From NCBI GenBank assembly GCA_951406725.2, contig OX597822.1:71424001-71488000 (forward strand): a DNA stretch of 64,000 nt. The letters run 5' to 3'. The stretch comes from Octopus vulgaris (taxonomy: Eukaryota). Of this stretch, positions 40,731 to 53,500 are shown one piece after another. The notes beneath the pieces are model-generated. The model was not told the origin of the DNA. It was given only the letters and a program-made list of their open reading frames with translations, and made no database searches. Within the stretch, counting starts at the first letter, position 1. Every line of letters starts with the position of its first letter. A program made the translations under genes and the position numbers.

Positions 40731-41426
40731 CACCCTGTACCTATATATGTATATGCATATATGTATTTATGTGTGTGTGTGTATGTTTGTGTGTGTACGT
40801 GTGTGTGTGTGCATGTGTGTGTGTGTGTGAGTCTGTGAGTGTGTATACATACAATGGGTTTCCACAGTTTTCCTCAGCAAAATTCACTCACAAAGTTTTG
40901 GCTGGTTTGGGGCTACAGTAGAAGGCATCTGCCTGAGGTGCTAAGCAGTGGGACTGAACACAAAATCACAAGGTTGTAAACTCTGGATACATTATAAAAT
41001 AAATGTCTTATTAGTTTTCAATACCTTTTCTTAAATGTTTTTCTAGCACACATATTTAAACATCTTTTGGAAGAACTTGGTGGTGTTTTTTGGTTGCTTC
41101 ATGTAAGTCATCCTTCTCAAAAACATTCAGCATTGAGTGGAGACTGAAAGATCAGTAATAATAATGATGATGATGATGATGATCCTTTCTACTGTAGGTA
41201 CAAGGCCCGAAATTTTGGGTGAGGGGAACTAGTCAATTACATTGACCCTATTGCTCAACTGGTGCTTATTTTATTTTATTTTATTAGTCCTGAAAGGATG
41301 AAAAGCAAGGCTGACATCAGTAGAATTTGAACTCAGAATTTAAAGATGGACAAAATTCTGCTAAGCTTTTCACCTGGTAAGCTAAGGATTCTACCAACTT
41401 GCCACTTCAATAATAATAATAGTAAC

Positions 41427-41462
<36 letters not shown>

Positions 41463-41634
41463 TATAGTAATGATGATGATGATGATGATGATGATGAGGA
41501 GGAGGAGGAGGAGAAAGAAGAAGAAGAAGAAGAAGAAGAAGAAGAAGAAGAAGAAGAAGAAGAAGAAGAAGAAGAAGAAGAAGAAGAAGAAGAAGACAAA
41601 AAAGTAGAAGACAAAGAAGAAATAAGAATGAATA

Positions 41635-42222
41635 TATTCACAGGCATGACAGAGTCAAGACCTATATACAATGGAAACTATACCAACATTATGGAATAAC
41701 AATAGAAAAAAGATGGTGTAGGCACATTCCAGAACAGGTCACAAAAAATGAGAAAGCAACCATAATCTGGGATATGTCAATACACACAGATAGTGAAATT
41801 AAGGCCAATAGGTCAAATATAGTTTTCAGAGATCATGAAGAAAAAATGCTTTCTAATCGATGTATCAATACCAACAGATGACAATGTTCCTCCGAAGGAA
41901 ATGGAGAAACTTTCAAAATACAAAGACCTGGAAATAGAGGTAACTCAAATGTAGAGTCTAAAAACAGAAACAATCCCTATCATAGTAGGTGCATTAGGTA
42001 TGATAAAAAAAAATTTCAGACAAATACATAACAAAAACACCAGGACTTACAAATATATATAACATACAGAAAATTGCACTACTAGGCACCGCACACATCC
42101 TACGTAAAGCACTTTCAATACAGTAACCATCAGAGCATCACAGCAAACCACAGCACATACCTAAGGCACACAGAGCTGCACTCAGTAGTGCAGTGAAAGC
42201 ACGTTATAAAAATAAGACTACC

Positions 42223-42316
<94 letters not shown>

Positions 42317-42340
42317 TAATAATAATAATAATAATAATAA
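41635..42340 (+). mobile_element. R4/Dong-like RLE LINE 3' end with (AAT)n tail
   Basis: IWDMSIHTDSEIKANRSNIV...CFLIDVSIP...KLSKYKDLEIE...IPIIVGALG...IQKIALLGTAHILRKAL; embedded in trinucleotide repeats. Confidence 0.88.
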
Positions 42341-42804
42341 CCAGAAGCTTGGTGATATAGAGTGAGGTACAAGATACACAGGGGAGGTACCTCATATAGG
42401 GACTTTTTTTAATTTTTATTTTCTTTGAATTAGGTTTGATCCATTGTAGATGCTGGTAAAATGTGTCTTTTAGGAGCTGAGTTGAATAGAGCTTTCTAGT
42501 AATTTTAGAACACATGTACACATACCCTTATATAAATACAAACAGTACGAATTGCATGCCTATACAATTGCAGACGTGTGTGCATGTATACACGGATATT
42601 TTATGGGATTTACAAAGCTTTTAGCATTAATGAGTTCATAAGATTAAATTTTACAAATCATATAGTGTCATATATGTCTTACATGCACATAACTTTAAAT
42701 TGAAGCACGAGTTCCTGCAATAGTTGGATGGTTAATGGAATAAATGATAAATTATTATCATTATTATTATTATTTTTGTCATCACCATCATCTTGATTAT
42801 CATG

Positions 42805-42839
<35 letters not shown>

Positions 42840-42868
42840 TGTTATTGTTATCATTATTATTATTGTTA

Positions 42869-43513
42869 AGGCAGCAAGCTGGCAGAATTGTTAGCATGCC
42901 GAGCAAAATGCTTTAGCGGTATTTTGTCTGTCTTTACGTTCTGAGTTCAAATTCCACCGAGGTTGACTTAGCCTTTCATCTTTTTGGGGGTTGATTAAAT
43001 AAGTACCAGTTATGCACTGGGGTCGATGTAGTCGACTTAATCCCTTTGTCTGTCCCCTCTTTGTTTAGTCCCTTGTGGGCAATAAAGAAATAAGAATTGT
43101 TAGCACGCACTGAGTTCAAATTCTGCTGAGGTCGTTCTGAGTTCATATTCTGAGTTCAAATCCTGCTGAGGTCGATATTGTCTTTCATCTTTTCAGGGTC
43201 AATAAAATAAGTACTAGTGAAACACTGGGGTTCATGTAATTGACTGTCCTCCTCCCCCAAATTTCAGGCCTTGTGCCTATTGTAGAAAAGATTATTAAGG
43301 CAGCGAGCTGGCAGAATCATTAGCATGCTGGATGACATGTTTAGCGATATTTTGCCTGACACTACGTTCTGAGTTCAAATTCCACTGAGGTCGACTTTGT
43401 CTTTCATCCCTTGAGGGCTTGATAAAATATGTACAAGTTGAGCACTGGAGTCGATGTAATTGACTTACCCCTTCCCCCAAATTGCTGGCCTTGTACCAAA
43501 ATTTGAAACTATT

Positions 43514-43599
<86 letters not shown>

Positions 43600-43815
43600 C
43601 ATCATTAAGGCCGCTAGCTGGCAGAATCGTTAGCATACTGGATGACATACTTAGCAGTATTTCGTCCACCTTCACCTTCTGAGTTCAAATTCTGCCAAGG
43701 TGGACTTTGCCATTCATCCATTCAGGACTGATAAGTACCAGTTGAGTACTGGGGTCGATGTAATCGACTATCCTCTCCCCTAAATTTCAGGCCTTGAGCC
43801 TACAGGAGAAAAGAT
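42869..43815 (+). mobile_element. Head-to-tail cluster of four SINE family 2 copies
   Basis: Starts near 42869, 43095, 43298 and 43608; three follow TTAAG and two lie directly after (ATT)n tracts. Confidence 0.88.
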
Positions 43816-44009
43816 TTATATTATTATCATTATTCATCCTATAAGTATTAACATCACATGTATATTGTACACAATGATTTATCTTGACTGAATCGGTGGT
43901 GAGCTTGATGAGGAGTCATGCTCGAAATTTTGCAGATTAAACTGTTGTTTGAGTAAGCAAGGATAGAAAGTTACTTACATAATATTCAAGATGTCAGCTG
44001 TTAATGTTT

Positions 44010-44295
44010 CTCTATAATCCCCGGGCCGACCAATGCCTTGTGAGTGGATTTGGTAGACAGAAACTGAAAGAAGCCTGTCGTATATATGTATGTATGTATG
44101 TGTGTTTGTGTGTCTGTGTTTGTCCCCCTAGCATTGCTTGACAACCGATGCTGGTGTGTTTATGTCCCCGTCACTTAGCGGTTCGGCAAAATAGACCGAT
44201 AGAATAAGTTCTGGGCTTACAAAGAATAAGTCCCGGGGTTGATTTGCTCGACTAAAAGGCCGCAGTCAAATGACTGAAACAAGTAAAAGAGTAAA
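44010..44295 (+). mobile_element. SINE family 1, 5'-truncated
   Basis: Core and tail motifs. Confidence 0.88.
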
Positions 44296-44319
44296 GAGAG
44301 AGAGAGAGATTGAACTTGC

Positions 44320-44515
44320 TGCAGTGTCCTTATATTTGCTGGCTTTGGCTATGATGCTCCAGTTTGGGGGTTGGCCACACGCTTATCCGTTATGTATTTT
44401 AGACAAAGTTGTAACATCCTTTATTCTTGTGTCTAAATGAAGTTAGGTGATGTGTGTATCTTTCCTTGAAAGCTTTTTCACTCATTCCTTTTTTGAACCT
44501 GACTATGTGAATGAT
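44320..44515 (-). mobile_element. Second Naiad-like Penelope GIY-YIG remnant
   Basis: GMSEKAFKERYTHHLTSFRHKNK...TTLSK...NWSIIAKASKY. Confidence 0.65.
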
Positions 44516-44518
44516 ATT

Positions 44519-44900
44519 CAGTCCATTATCACTGAAGATTTGGATATGAGACATGTATCTGCCAAGTTTGTGCCGAAACTGCTTTCAGCTGACCAAAAAG
44601 ACACTTGGGTTTCAGTTGCACAAGATCTTGATCGTGTTGAGAATGATGAAAACTTTACATAGGTCTCTCAGCAGGTATCACCAATCTTTTGGCAAAATTT
44701 GATGCAGATTATCTGCTCAACTTTCTCTATCATGTGATGATCATACTCTACACATATTCCTTCCAGGCATTGCTGTAAACAGTGGAAGTGAGCTAGAACA
44801 TTAAAACTTCAAGGTCAATCTTTGCCAAGCAGCTTCACTCTGTGTGCTTTAGCTTTGTTACTATGGCAACAGTCCAGATACTTATTGATCAGACCACGTA
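44519..44900 (+). mobile_element. Foldback mariner derivative, partial
   Basis: QSIITEDLDMRHVSAKFVPKLL fused at ~44656 to an inverted 5' end terminating GATACTTATTGATCAGACCACG|TA. Confidence 0.82.
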
Positions 44901-45396
44901 CACGCATATAAGTGTGTGCGTGTGTGTGTGTATGCATGTGCATGTATGTATTTCCAAATTTATATTCATGTTTGTACTCATATTTATATATTCAAGCTTA
45001 TATATATATATATATATATGATTATATCAACACATTCTGACTGATCTAATCTGAGATGTAAGAACACAAAATACTCCACAAATACTTAACAATAAATTTG
45101 GATATTTAGAGCTGTGCTGTTAGTCTACATGATGAATATGGAACAGAGTTAAATAATTCAGAAAAATTAATCTAACAAACACTTAAAAAACATGTGTTTA
45201 GTGTTAGGACAGATCCCGTTTCTGGAAATTGAATTTATGACTTGCTTCATCAGTCGGCTTTAGCAATTGTATTGGTATGATACAACTTCACAAGTATAGC
45301 ATAGATGGCTTCTAATTTTGCTATGACTTTGAATGAAGTCATATATAAATCAGATGAAAGAAATGAAAAGCCATTTGGAAATCCCTAATCCCTTTA

Positions 45397-46115
45397 TTAA
45401 CCCTTTTGATATCAATCCGGCTGAAACTGCCTCTGGCTCTGTGGTACAAAAGTTCTGAATGAAAATCTTCCATCAAACCTTACTCACAATTTATGTCCCT
45501 AACACTAGCTTAATGATAACTAAGTCATTTTACTAAATTCTTTGTTATATTTAAAATTAATTGAAAGAAGAACAGAGCATCTCAACAGAAATATGGTAAC
45601 AAAAGGGTTAAAATATATAATAGAGAAACAATTCTTAACCCTTTCGATAACAACCTGGCTGAAACCATCTCTGGCTCTGAGTACAAATGTCTTGTTTTAA
45701 TAAGTTCTGAATTAAAGCCTTCCATCAAACCTTAGTCACAATTTATGTTCCTAACACAAGCTTAATGGTAACTAAGTTATTTTACTAAATTCTTTGTTAT
45801 ATTTAAAATTAATTGAAAGAAGAACAGAGCATCTCAACAGAAATATGGTAACAAAAGGGTTAAAATATATAATAGAGAAACAATTCTTAACCCTTTCGAT
45901 AACAACCTGGCTGAAACCATCTCTGGCTCTGAGTACAAATGTCTTGTTTTAATAAGTTCTGAATTAAAGCCTTCCATCAAACCTTAGTCACAATTTATGT
46001 TCCTAACACAAGCTTAATGGTAACTAAGTTATTTTACTAAATTCTTTGTTATATTTAGAATTAATTGAAAGAAACACAGAACATCTCAAAATAAATACAG
46101 TAATGAAAGGGGTAA
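45397..46115. mobile_element. Three tandem piggyBac-type MITEs
   Basis: TTAA|CCCTTT...AAAGGG|TTAA at 45397-45611, 45635-45863 and 45887-46115 (last end GTAA); identical 23-bp spacers. Confidence 0.88.
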
Positions 46116-46149
46116 AATTGCCCCTAGAAAAGTTATACAGAGAAATAAC

Positions 46150-46455
46150 TAACTGGTACTCTGTCAGTTATGATGACGAGGGTTCCAGTTGAGGCGATCA
46201 TAAAATTAATGGGCAAATGGCTGAGTACTCCACAGATATGCATGCCCTTAGTTCTCAAGGAGATTCAGCATGACACAAAGTGTGACAAGGCTGGCCCTTT
46301 GAAATACAGATATTATACATTTTTGCCATCTGATTGGACTTGAGTGACATGAAATAAAGTGCCTTGCTCAAGGACAATGTACTGCTGGGTATTGAACACA
46401 TGATCTTACAATCATGAGCTGAATACGCTAACCACTAAGCCACATGCCTTCACAC
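46150..46455 (-). mobile_element. tRNA-derived SINE (family 4-related)
   Basis: Minus strand TGGCTTAGTGGTTAG...GTCCTTGAGCAAGGCACTTTATTTCA. Confidence 0.75.
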
Positions 46456-46895
46456 AGAGAAATACACTTATATAAAATACTGTACAACATAAATTCTCGC
46501 ACCACATGAAAAGTAGCTATGCTGGCACCCCGTGGCATAAGGAAGGGCATCTAACCATAGCAACTATGCCAAACCAGATGACTGGGGCCTGGTGCAGCCT
46601 TCCAGCTTGCATGCTCCAGTCAAACTGTCCTCCCCATGCCAGCATGGAAATGAACATTAAACGATGGTGGTGGTGACGATGATGATGGTTATGGTGGTGG
46701 TGGTGGTGATGATGATAGTGAGCTCCACCTCCAGTGGATATGTCACGGTTACTAAATGACAACCGAAACCAGCTCTAAATGAGAATGGGAGATAATGGAG
46801 AAATTGGACATGCCAAAAAGGAAATGAATTAGCTTATTGTCTGGAGATGACAAGACAGCTGTGGATGTGTTTCAGCAAATGCATATATATATATA

Positions 46896-47021
<126 letters not shown>

Positions 47022-47283
47022 TATATTATGTATATATGTATATATGTGTGTATCTTCTATCTTTAATCATTTACTTGCCTCAATCATTAGACTGAAGCCA
47101 TGATGGGGCACCGTCTGGAAGAATTTTACTTGAATGAATCAACATCAGTTGTTATCTATTTTTTTTTAAAGCCTATTGGTTTCTTTTGCCAAACTGCTAA
47201 GTTGCAGGTGACGTAAATATATCAACACCAATTGTCAAGTGGCAGTGCGAGATGAACACAGACACAAAGATACACTCTCATAG

Positions 47284-47322
<39 letters not shown>

Positions 47323-47326
47323 TATA

Positions 47327-48339
47327 GATGTGGTCTGGTCAATAAGTATCTGAACTGTTGCCATAGTAACAAAGCTAAAGCATGCAAAGTAAAGTTGCTT
47401 GGCACAAGATTGACCTTGAACTCTGCTGTGCATGCTCACTAAGTTTTAAAGTTCTAGCTCACAACTACTGTTTGGTGCTGTGCTTGGAAGGAAGGTGTGT
47501 AGCATGTGATTGTCGCATTGACCATGACAAAGAAAGTTTGAGCAGAGAATCTGCATCAAATTTTGCCAAAAGCTTGGTGATAACTGCTCAGAGTCCTATG
47601 CAAAGTTTTCAAAAAGTTTTCCTCATTCTTGACACAATCAAGGAGATCTTGTGCGACAGAAACCCGAGTGTTCTTTTGGTTAACTGAAATCAGTTTTGGC
47701 ACAAACTTGGCAGACTCATACTCAAATCTAAGTTAAGTTAATTTTTTGGCTCAAAAAGCAAAAAGCAAGGCTATGTAGGGGGACATGGAGTTATGTACAG
47801 GGAGGGTGTTCATGCAAAGAGTTCAGGCCATTTCTGGTCAAGAGAGACTTTGAACCGAGCAGTCGTTGGCATCTTCAGTGATAATGGACTGAACTGAATG
47901 GTAATTAATCTGCACATCCTCTGACAACTCACGGATGGTGTTTCAATGTTTTTCCCTCACAGCTGCATGCACATCTATGATGTTTTCCTCAGTTCTGCTA
48001 GTTGTGGGTCTCCCAGAACGTTCGTCAACATCAACATTTTTTGACCATCTTGGAAACATCTGAACTACTCATGCACCTGTGTGTTGCTCATATACACTTT
48101 TCCATACACTTTCTGCAAACTTGCACTGGCCTCTGAGCAGGTATCACCATGAAAACTTTCTCTGTCATGGTCAATGTGACAATCACATGCTACACACCCT
48201 CCTTCCAAGCACTGCTGTAAACAGTGGAAGTGAGCTACAATGCTAAAATTTTATGCACATGCACATTAGAGTTCAAGGTCAATCTTTGCCAAGCAGCTAC
48301 ACTCTATGTAACAGTCCGAATACTTATTGATCAGGCCTC

Positions 48340-48342
<3 letters not shown>
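47327..48342 (-). mobile_element. Foldback mariner derivative with two 5' ends
   Basis: TIRs at both ends; minus strand VDVDERSGRPTTSRTEEN...SAKFVPKLIS...AQDLLD fused at ~47605 to a plus-strand 5' arm (EQRICIKFCQKLG). Confidence 0.85.
47727..47871 (-). mobile_element. CR1-like LINE 3' tip nested in the mariner
   Basis: TARFKVSLDQKWPELFA stop, short UTR, (TTAAC)n tail. Confidence 0.65.
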
Positions 48343-48375
<33 letters not shown>

Positions 48376-48378
<3 letters not shown>

Positions 48379-48562
48379 AATTGAGATAGGGGTTGTAAAT
48401 GCAACCCTCTATGGGATAACGTATATCCAATATACTGCTAGTGAAGTACCCAACAAAGTTAATACATAAATGTTAATGATTGCGATGCAATCAATTCATT
48501 TACTGTATTATATGGGCAAAGGTAAAATGATTTACCACAAGTTACTAATACAAGATAAGAAA
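48376..48562 (+). repeat. Second copy of the ~187-bp repeat
   Basis: Inverted near-identical match to 21800-21987. Confidence 0.85.
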
Positions 48563-48590
48563 ATGGAGAAATACATCTAAATCAAATATG

Positions 48591-48897
48591 AAAGCACATG
48601 GCTCAGTGGTGAGTTCGAATCCTGGACCGGGCTGCGCATTGCGTTCTTGAGCAAGACACTTTATTTCACATTGCTCCAGTTCACCCAGCTGTAGAAATGA
48701 GTCGCGATGTCATAGGTGCCAAGCTGTACTGGCCTCTTTGCCTTTCCCTCAGATAACACTGGTGGCATGGAGAGGGGAGGCCAGTATGCATGGGCGACTG
48801 CTGGTCTTCCATAAACAACCTTGCCTGGACTTGTGCCTGGGAGGGTAACATCCTAGGTGCAATCCCATGGTCAGTCATGACCAAAGGGGTCTCACTG
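48591..48897 (+). mobile_element. SINE family 4
   Basis: TGGCTCAGTGG A-box, GAGTTCGAATCC B-box, TTCTTGAGCAAGACACTTTATTTCAC; second copy at 55555-55888. Confidence 0.85.
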
Positions 48898-49070
48898 TGT
48901 ATATATATATGTATTTGGTGGGCTTTTTTCAGTTTCCATCTACAAAATTCATTCACAAGTCTTTGGTCAGCCAACTGTTGTAGCAGATGACATGTACCCA
49001 ATGTGCCACATGGTGGGACTGAATCCAGAACCATGTTGTTGGGAAGCAATCTTGCTACCACTCAGCCTCA

Positions 49071-49101
<31 letters not shown>

Positions 49102-49344
49102 CAACATGTAAATACATATACCTGCATACACATATATATACACACTCAGTTCAATTTCCATGCTAACATATTTGCTCATACATACATGTGTGTGTAATGT
49201 ATGGGCATACATGTGAACAAACTTATATTTCATGCTTGGATTTAAGTTTACAAATGAATGCGTATGTGTGTAAGTATATAAGTTTGTATGTTAGCATTAT
49301 ATATGTATGTATGCATATATGAAAGCACACACAGATACATACAC

Positions 49345-49378
<34 letters not shown>

Positions 49379-49500
49379 GCACAAAAGTTTGTGTGCGTGT
49401 ACCTGCAACAAATAAATTTATGTATATACAAATAAGTGATATCTATATTTGCATGTATGTGTATGCATATATATGTGTGTATGTATATGCATATATATAA

Positions 49501-49533
<33 letters not shown>

Positions 49534-49587
49534 AATATACACACACAAACAGACATCTATATATATACACACATATATATATGTTTG

Positions 49588-49626
<39 letters not shown>

Positions 49627-49668
49627 AATACTTAAATGTATATATATATATATATATATATATAACAC

Positions 49669-49716
<48 letters not shown>

Positions 49717-50514
49717 CTTATATATATATATATGTGTATGTGTATATATACATTCATAGATACATACATATATATATATATATTTGTGCACACACTTTCA
49801 ATACAAAGAGAAAGAAGAGGTGGATGGAGGAGAGGGGAGAAAGAGAGAAAGGAGAACTAATAGATGTGTTGACTAAATAGACAAAGTAAGGTAAACAAGA
49901 TAATATATACAGAGTATAAACATCACAATACTAAAAGTATATACGTAATACTGATATCGCAGTATCAACAATATATTCACAGAATTTAGATGTTAAGTTG
50001 ATACACATATTTAAAACATAAACAACGATATTCATCTTTGAAGATTGAAAACATACAATGCTGATAAAAATCATTTGAGAACTTATATCTGATTATAGAA
50101 ATATGTTACAAATTCTCTGTGTGGAGAGCTTATCTGTAGTGAAGTTTAATCAGAAGAGATGGCCATTACATGAAACACATTTTACCAACAATAAAGTACT
50201 GGAGGGGGGAAAAATAAATGATTTATATTGTGAGCTTATATAGATAGACTAGAACAGCATAAAAAGTATGAAACATATGAAAAGTATGATGTAGAATGAT
50301 AGACAAGCAAAACAAGATTCTGAAATAATCGGCAAAGATTTTTTCTTTCTGTTATTTTATTAATACTGTATACTATTGTGTAGGGCTTCCAAAGACCTGG
50401 TAAATAAAATTATTGGAATTTTCCTGAAAGGACACCTACATGTACAGTCCTTTTGCTTAGTCAAAGAAGTAAGCAGTGAAGCACAATTATATATATATGT
50501 ATACATATATATAT

Positions 50515-50819
50515 AATTGTTTGTTCCTTCTTGAGCCACGTCTTTCTCATAAGGCAGGTTTCCCGGTTTCCTTGGCGTATAGGTTCCCCACCTGGACAGG
50601 ACAGCAGTCCATCGCAGGTGAGCTGCAAGATGTTGGAGGAAAGAGTGAGAGAAAGTTGTAGCGAAAGAGTCAGCAGAAGTTCGCCATTACCCTCTGCCAG
50701 AGCCATGTGGAGCTTATGTGTTTCACTCATAAACACATACATCGGCCAGTTTGAGATTCGAACCCGCGCTCCCTCGATCGTGAGTCCACTGCTCTAACCA
50801 CTGGGCCATGTGCTTCCAC

Positions 50820-50820
<1 letters not shown>
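50515..50820 (-). mobile_element. tRNA-SINE with CCTGCGATGGACTG domain
   Basis: TGGCCCAGTGGTTAGAGC...GGGTTCGAATCTC head. Confidence 0.82.
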
Positions 50821-50859
<39 letters not shown>

Positions 50860-50898
50860 TAATAATAATGATAATATATATATATATATATATATATA

Positions 50899-51370
50899 TC
50901 TCTTATTATAAAAGGCAGATTTTATCTGCCTCCCTTTGTATCTTATAGAAATCTACAATATAGGATTTCTTCAATTACAATTTACCTAGCATTTTTAAGA
51001 GTAGAATGCATCGGGTCATGCCAGGTCCAGTTTTTAAAATTTAAACTCCAATTAAGCAAAATTTACAGAAAACTCACATTCTGGTGTGTATGTCAAATGC
51101 TTTTCTTAGTATGGTTTACAGCACACGCAAACGCACACACACAGTCTGCTACGAATAAAGTGAAAGTAATTCAGTGTGTTGACAGGTAGACAATAGAATG
51201 CGGTGACGATGGCGATGTAATATTTGTTTCTGTCTATGACGCTGATAGATACATGAGTAAAATGTATGGGAAGCTAAGACATAAGAGTGAGTGAAAATGT
51301 TCTTGGAAGAGAGTAAATAGCAAGAGAGAGTGATTTGAGGAAGACTTTACATTAAATAACCGTAGTGGCT
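50899..51370 (+). mobile_element. Helitron-like element, 5' portion (family A)
   Basis: Starts TCTCTTATTATAAAAGGCAGATTTTATCTGCC after (TA)n; same 5' end inverted at 54862-54916; no CTAG 3' end seen. Confidence 0.55.
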
Positions 51371-51417
51371 TGTGTTAGTAATAAAGTAAACATACACTCA
51401 TACATACATACATACAT

Positions 51418-51450
<33 letters not shown>

Positions 51451-51496
51451 TACACACACACACATACATACACACACACATACATACATACACACA

Positions 51497-51528
<32 letters not shown>

Positions 51529-51543
51529 CATACATACATACAT

Positions 51544-51574
<31 letters not shown>

Positions 51575-51839
51575 TACACACACACACAGTATTGAAGCTT
51601 GAGAACAATCAGATACATTTGCAACACATCTGTTGAAAATATTATTGTTCACACACATACATATACATATATACAGACAGACAGACAGACAGATAGACAC
51701 ACACACACACACACACATGATCCAGCATGGCCACAACCTCAAGGCTGAAACATATAAAAGAATAACAGAATATAAATGTGTGCATGTGTGTGAGAGAGAG
51801 AGTGTGTGTGTATATGTATGTATGTATGTATGTATATAT

Positions 51840-52435
51840 ATATAATAATGCGGTTTTTTTCAACAGCTTGAACTAAATGTCAGAGGGGAATGGGATAAAC
51901 TACTTATATTAACTTGCTATAAAAGCAGGTAGTAATTTTATCTTGTCCTTATTCATAGTGCAAGTTTTGAAGAGTGCATTTCGATTTTAACAGCTATTTT
52001 TTTCAAAGCTATGTTGGAAGTAACAAAGGAGCATATTTGGCATATTTTGCTTTATGAGTTCAATAAAGACAACAACGCAACGGAAAGTACAAGAAATATT
52101 AATGCAGTATATGGGGATTGGACAATAAGCGCAAGGCAGTGTCAATGGTGGTTCCAGAAATTCCGAGCCATAAACTACAGCCTAGAAGACGAGCCTCATC
52201 CTGAAAGATCTGTAGAACTCGACAAGGACATCCTGAAAACCCTGGTGGAACAAAATCTCATCGTAACTGTTGAGGAACTAGCAGAGAAGCTTGGATTTGG
52301 TCATTCAACCATTCATTGAGACCTGTGTGCTATCGGAAAAGTCAGCAAATTGGGTCAATGGGTTCCTCACGAACTTTCCGAGTCTAATTGCATGCAGAGA
52401 GTAAATGTATGCTTTTCTTTGCTGTCACATCTCAC
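51840..52435 (+). mobile_element. Mariner transposase N-terminal half (family of 19891-20556)
   Basis: ORF 52011-52319 HTH region, then KLGQWVPHEL. Confidence 0.9.
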
Positions 52436-52454
52436 CACTACTGCGCTATGTATA

Positions 52455-53091
52455 TCTATATATATAAAACTGTAGTTGTGTGAGTGTCTGTCCCCTTCGA
52501 TTTAGATTCCTAACTACTCCCACATTTTGCGGTGCAGTTTAACCAAATTCGGGTAGCTTATAGTCGTGATTCATATCGAGCCCGTCTGAGTATTAGCGCG
52601 CGTCTACGATGAGTCTACGATTTTAAAAATAATTTAACATCATTTTTTATTCCATTTTAATGCATAATTTTTCGTGTGTCGATGGCGGCGGAGTTGGCGT
52701 CCACGCTCACACCTGCACCTGTGGGGAAGGGAGTGTAAGGAAATCAACGTCGTAATGCGTTGTCAAGGAGACCAGCGTTCTTTTAGAACAACGACTTCAT
52801 GGCTTGAAGACACCAAAACAGAAATGGCTAAGAAAGCGTCTACATGAGTCTACGATTTAAAAAAAAATTTACCATCGTTTTTTTTCCATTTTAATGCATT
52901 TTTTCGCTATTATATAAGGGAAGTAACTCTCTAAAAATGTCTACGATGAGTCAATGATTTTTTAAAAAATTTACCATCATATTTTTTCCATTTTTAATGC
53001 ATTTTTTGCTATTTTTTGGCTATAACTCTCTAAAAATGCTTATATAGTTATTTCCCTTACAAACCCGAGCAACGCCGGGCGATACTGCTAG
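52455..53091 (+). mobile_element. Non-autonomous Helitron (family B)
   Basis: A|TC 5' end; CCCGAGCAACGCCGGG hairpin then CTAG|T 3' end. Confidence 0.88.
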
Positions 53092-53466
53092 TATATATAT
53101 AAACGGCAAAATGTCTGTCTGTATGTGTGTGTGTGCGTGTCCTTTATACAAATCCACAATTTTTCAGTTAGAGGGCTCGCACTTTCTATGCTTATTCAAA
53201 ACCATCCAAGGGTGGTCATGCACATCTTTACATTTCCTGAGTCAACCAGCAAAGCCATCAAAAAATCAATAGAAATGACTTTTTTGTGAATTTTCTATCC
53301 AAAACCCAATCAAAATGCCCGAAACTTGATACGCCAATTGAAAGCTTGCTAGCTGTATGTGATTGGTCAGAGATTTGGACAGTACTCGCATGTATGTGTG
53401 CACACACACACAGCTGTATATGCATGCACTAGCACAATGACCCAGCATTGCCAGGTCATAGTGCTA

Positions 53467-53467
<1 letters not shown>
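53092..53467 (+). mobile_element. Non-autonomous Helitron (family C), tandem to B
   Basis: TGACCCAGCATTGCCAGGTCA hairpin then CTAG|T. Confidence 0.78.

Positions 53468-53499
<32 letters not shown>

Positions 53500-53500
<1 letters not shown>

Noticed and set aside
41346-41699. Poly-N/D/E acidic ORF
   Set aside because: Starts in an antisense SINE and runs through (AAT)(GAT)(GAA) microsatellites
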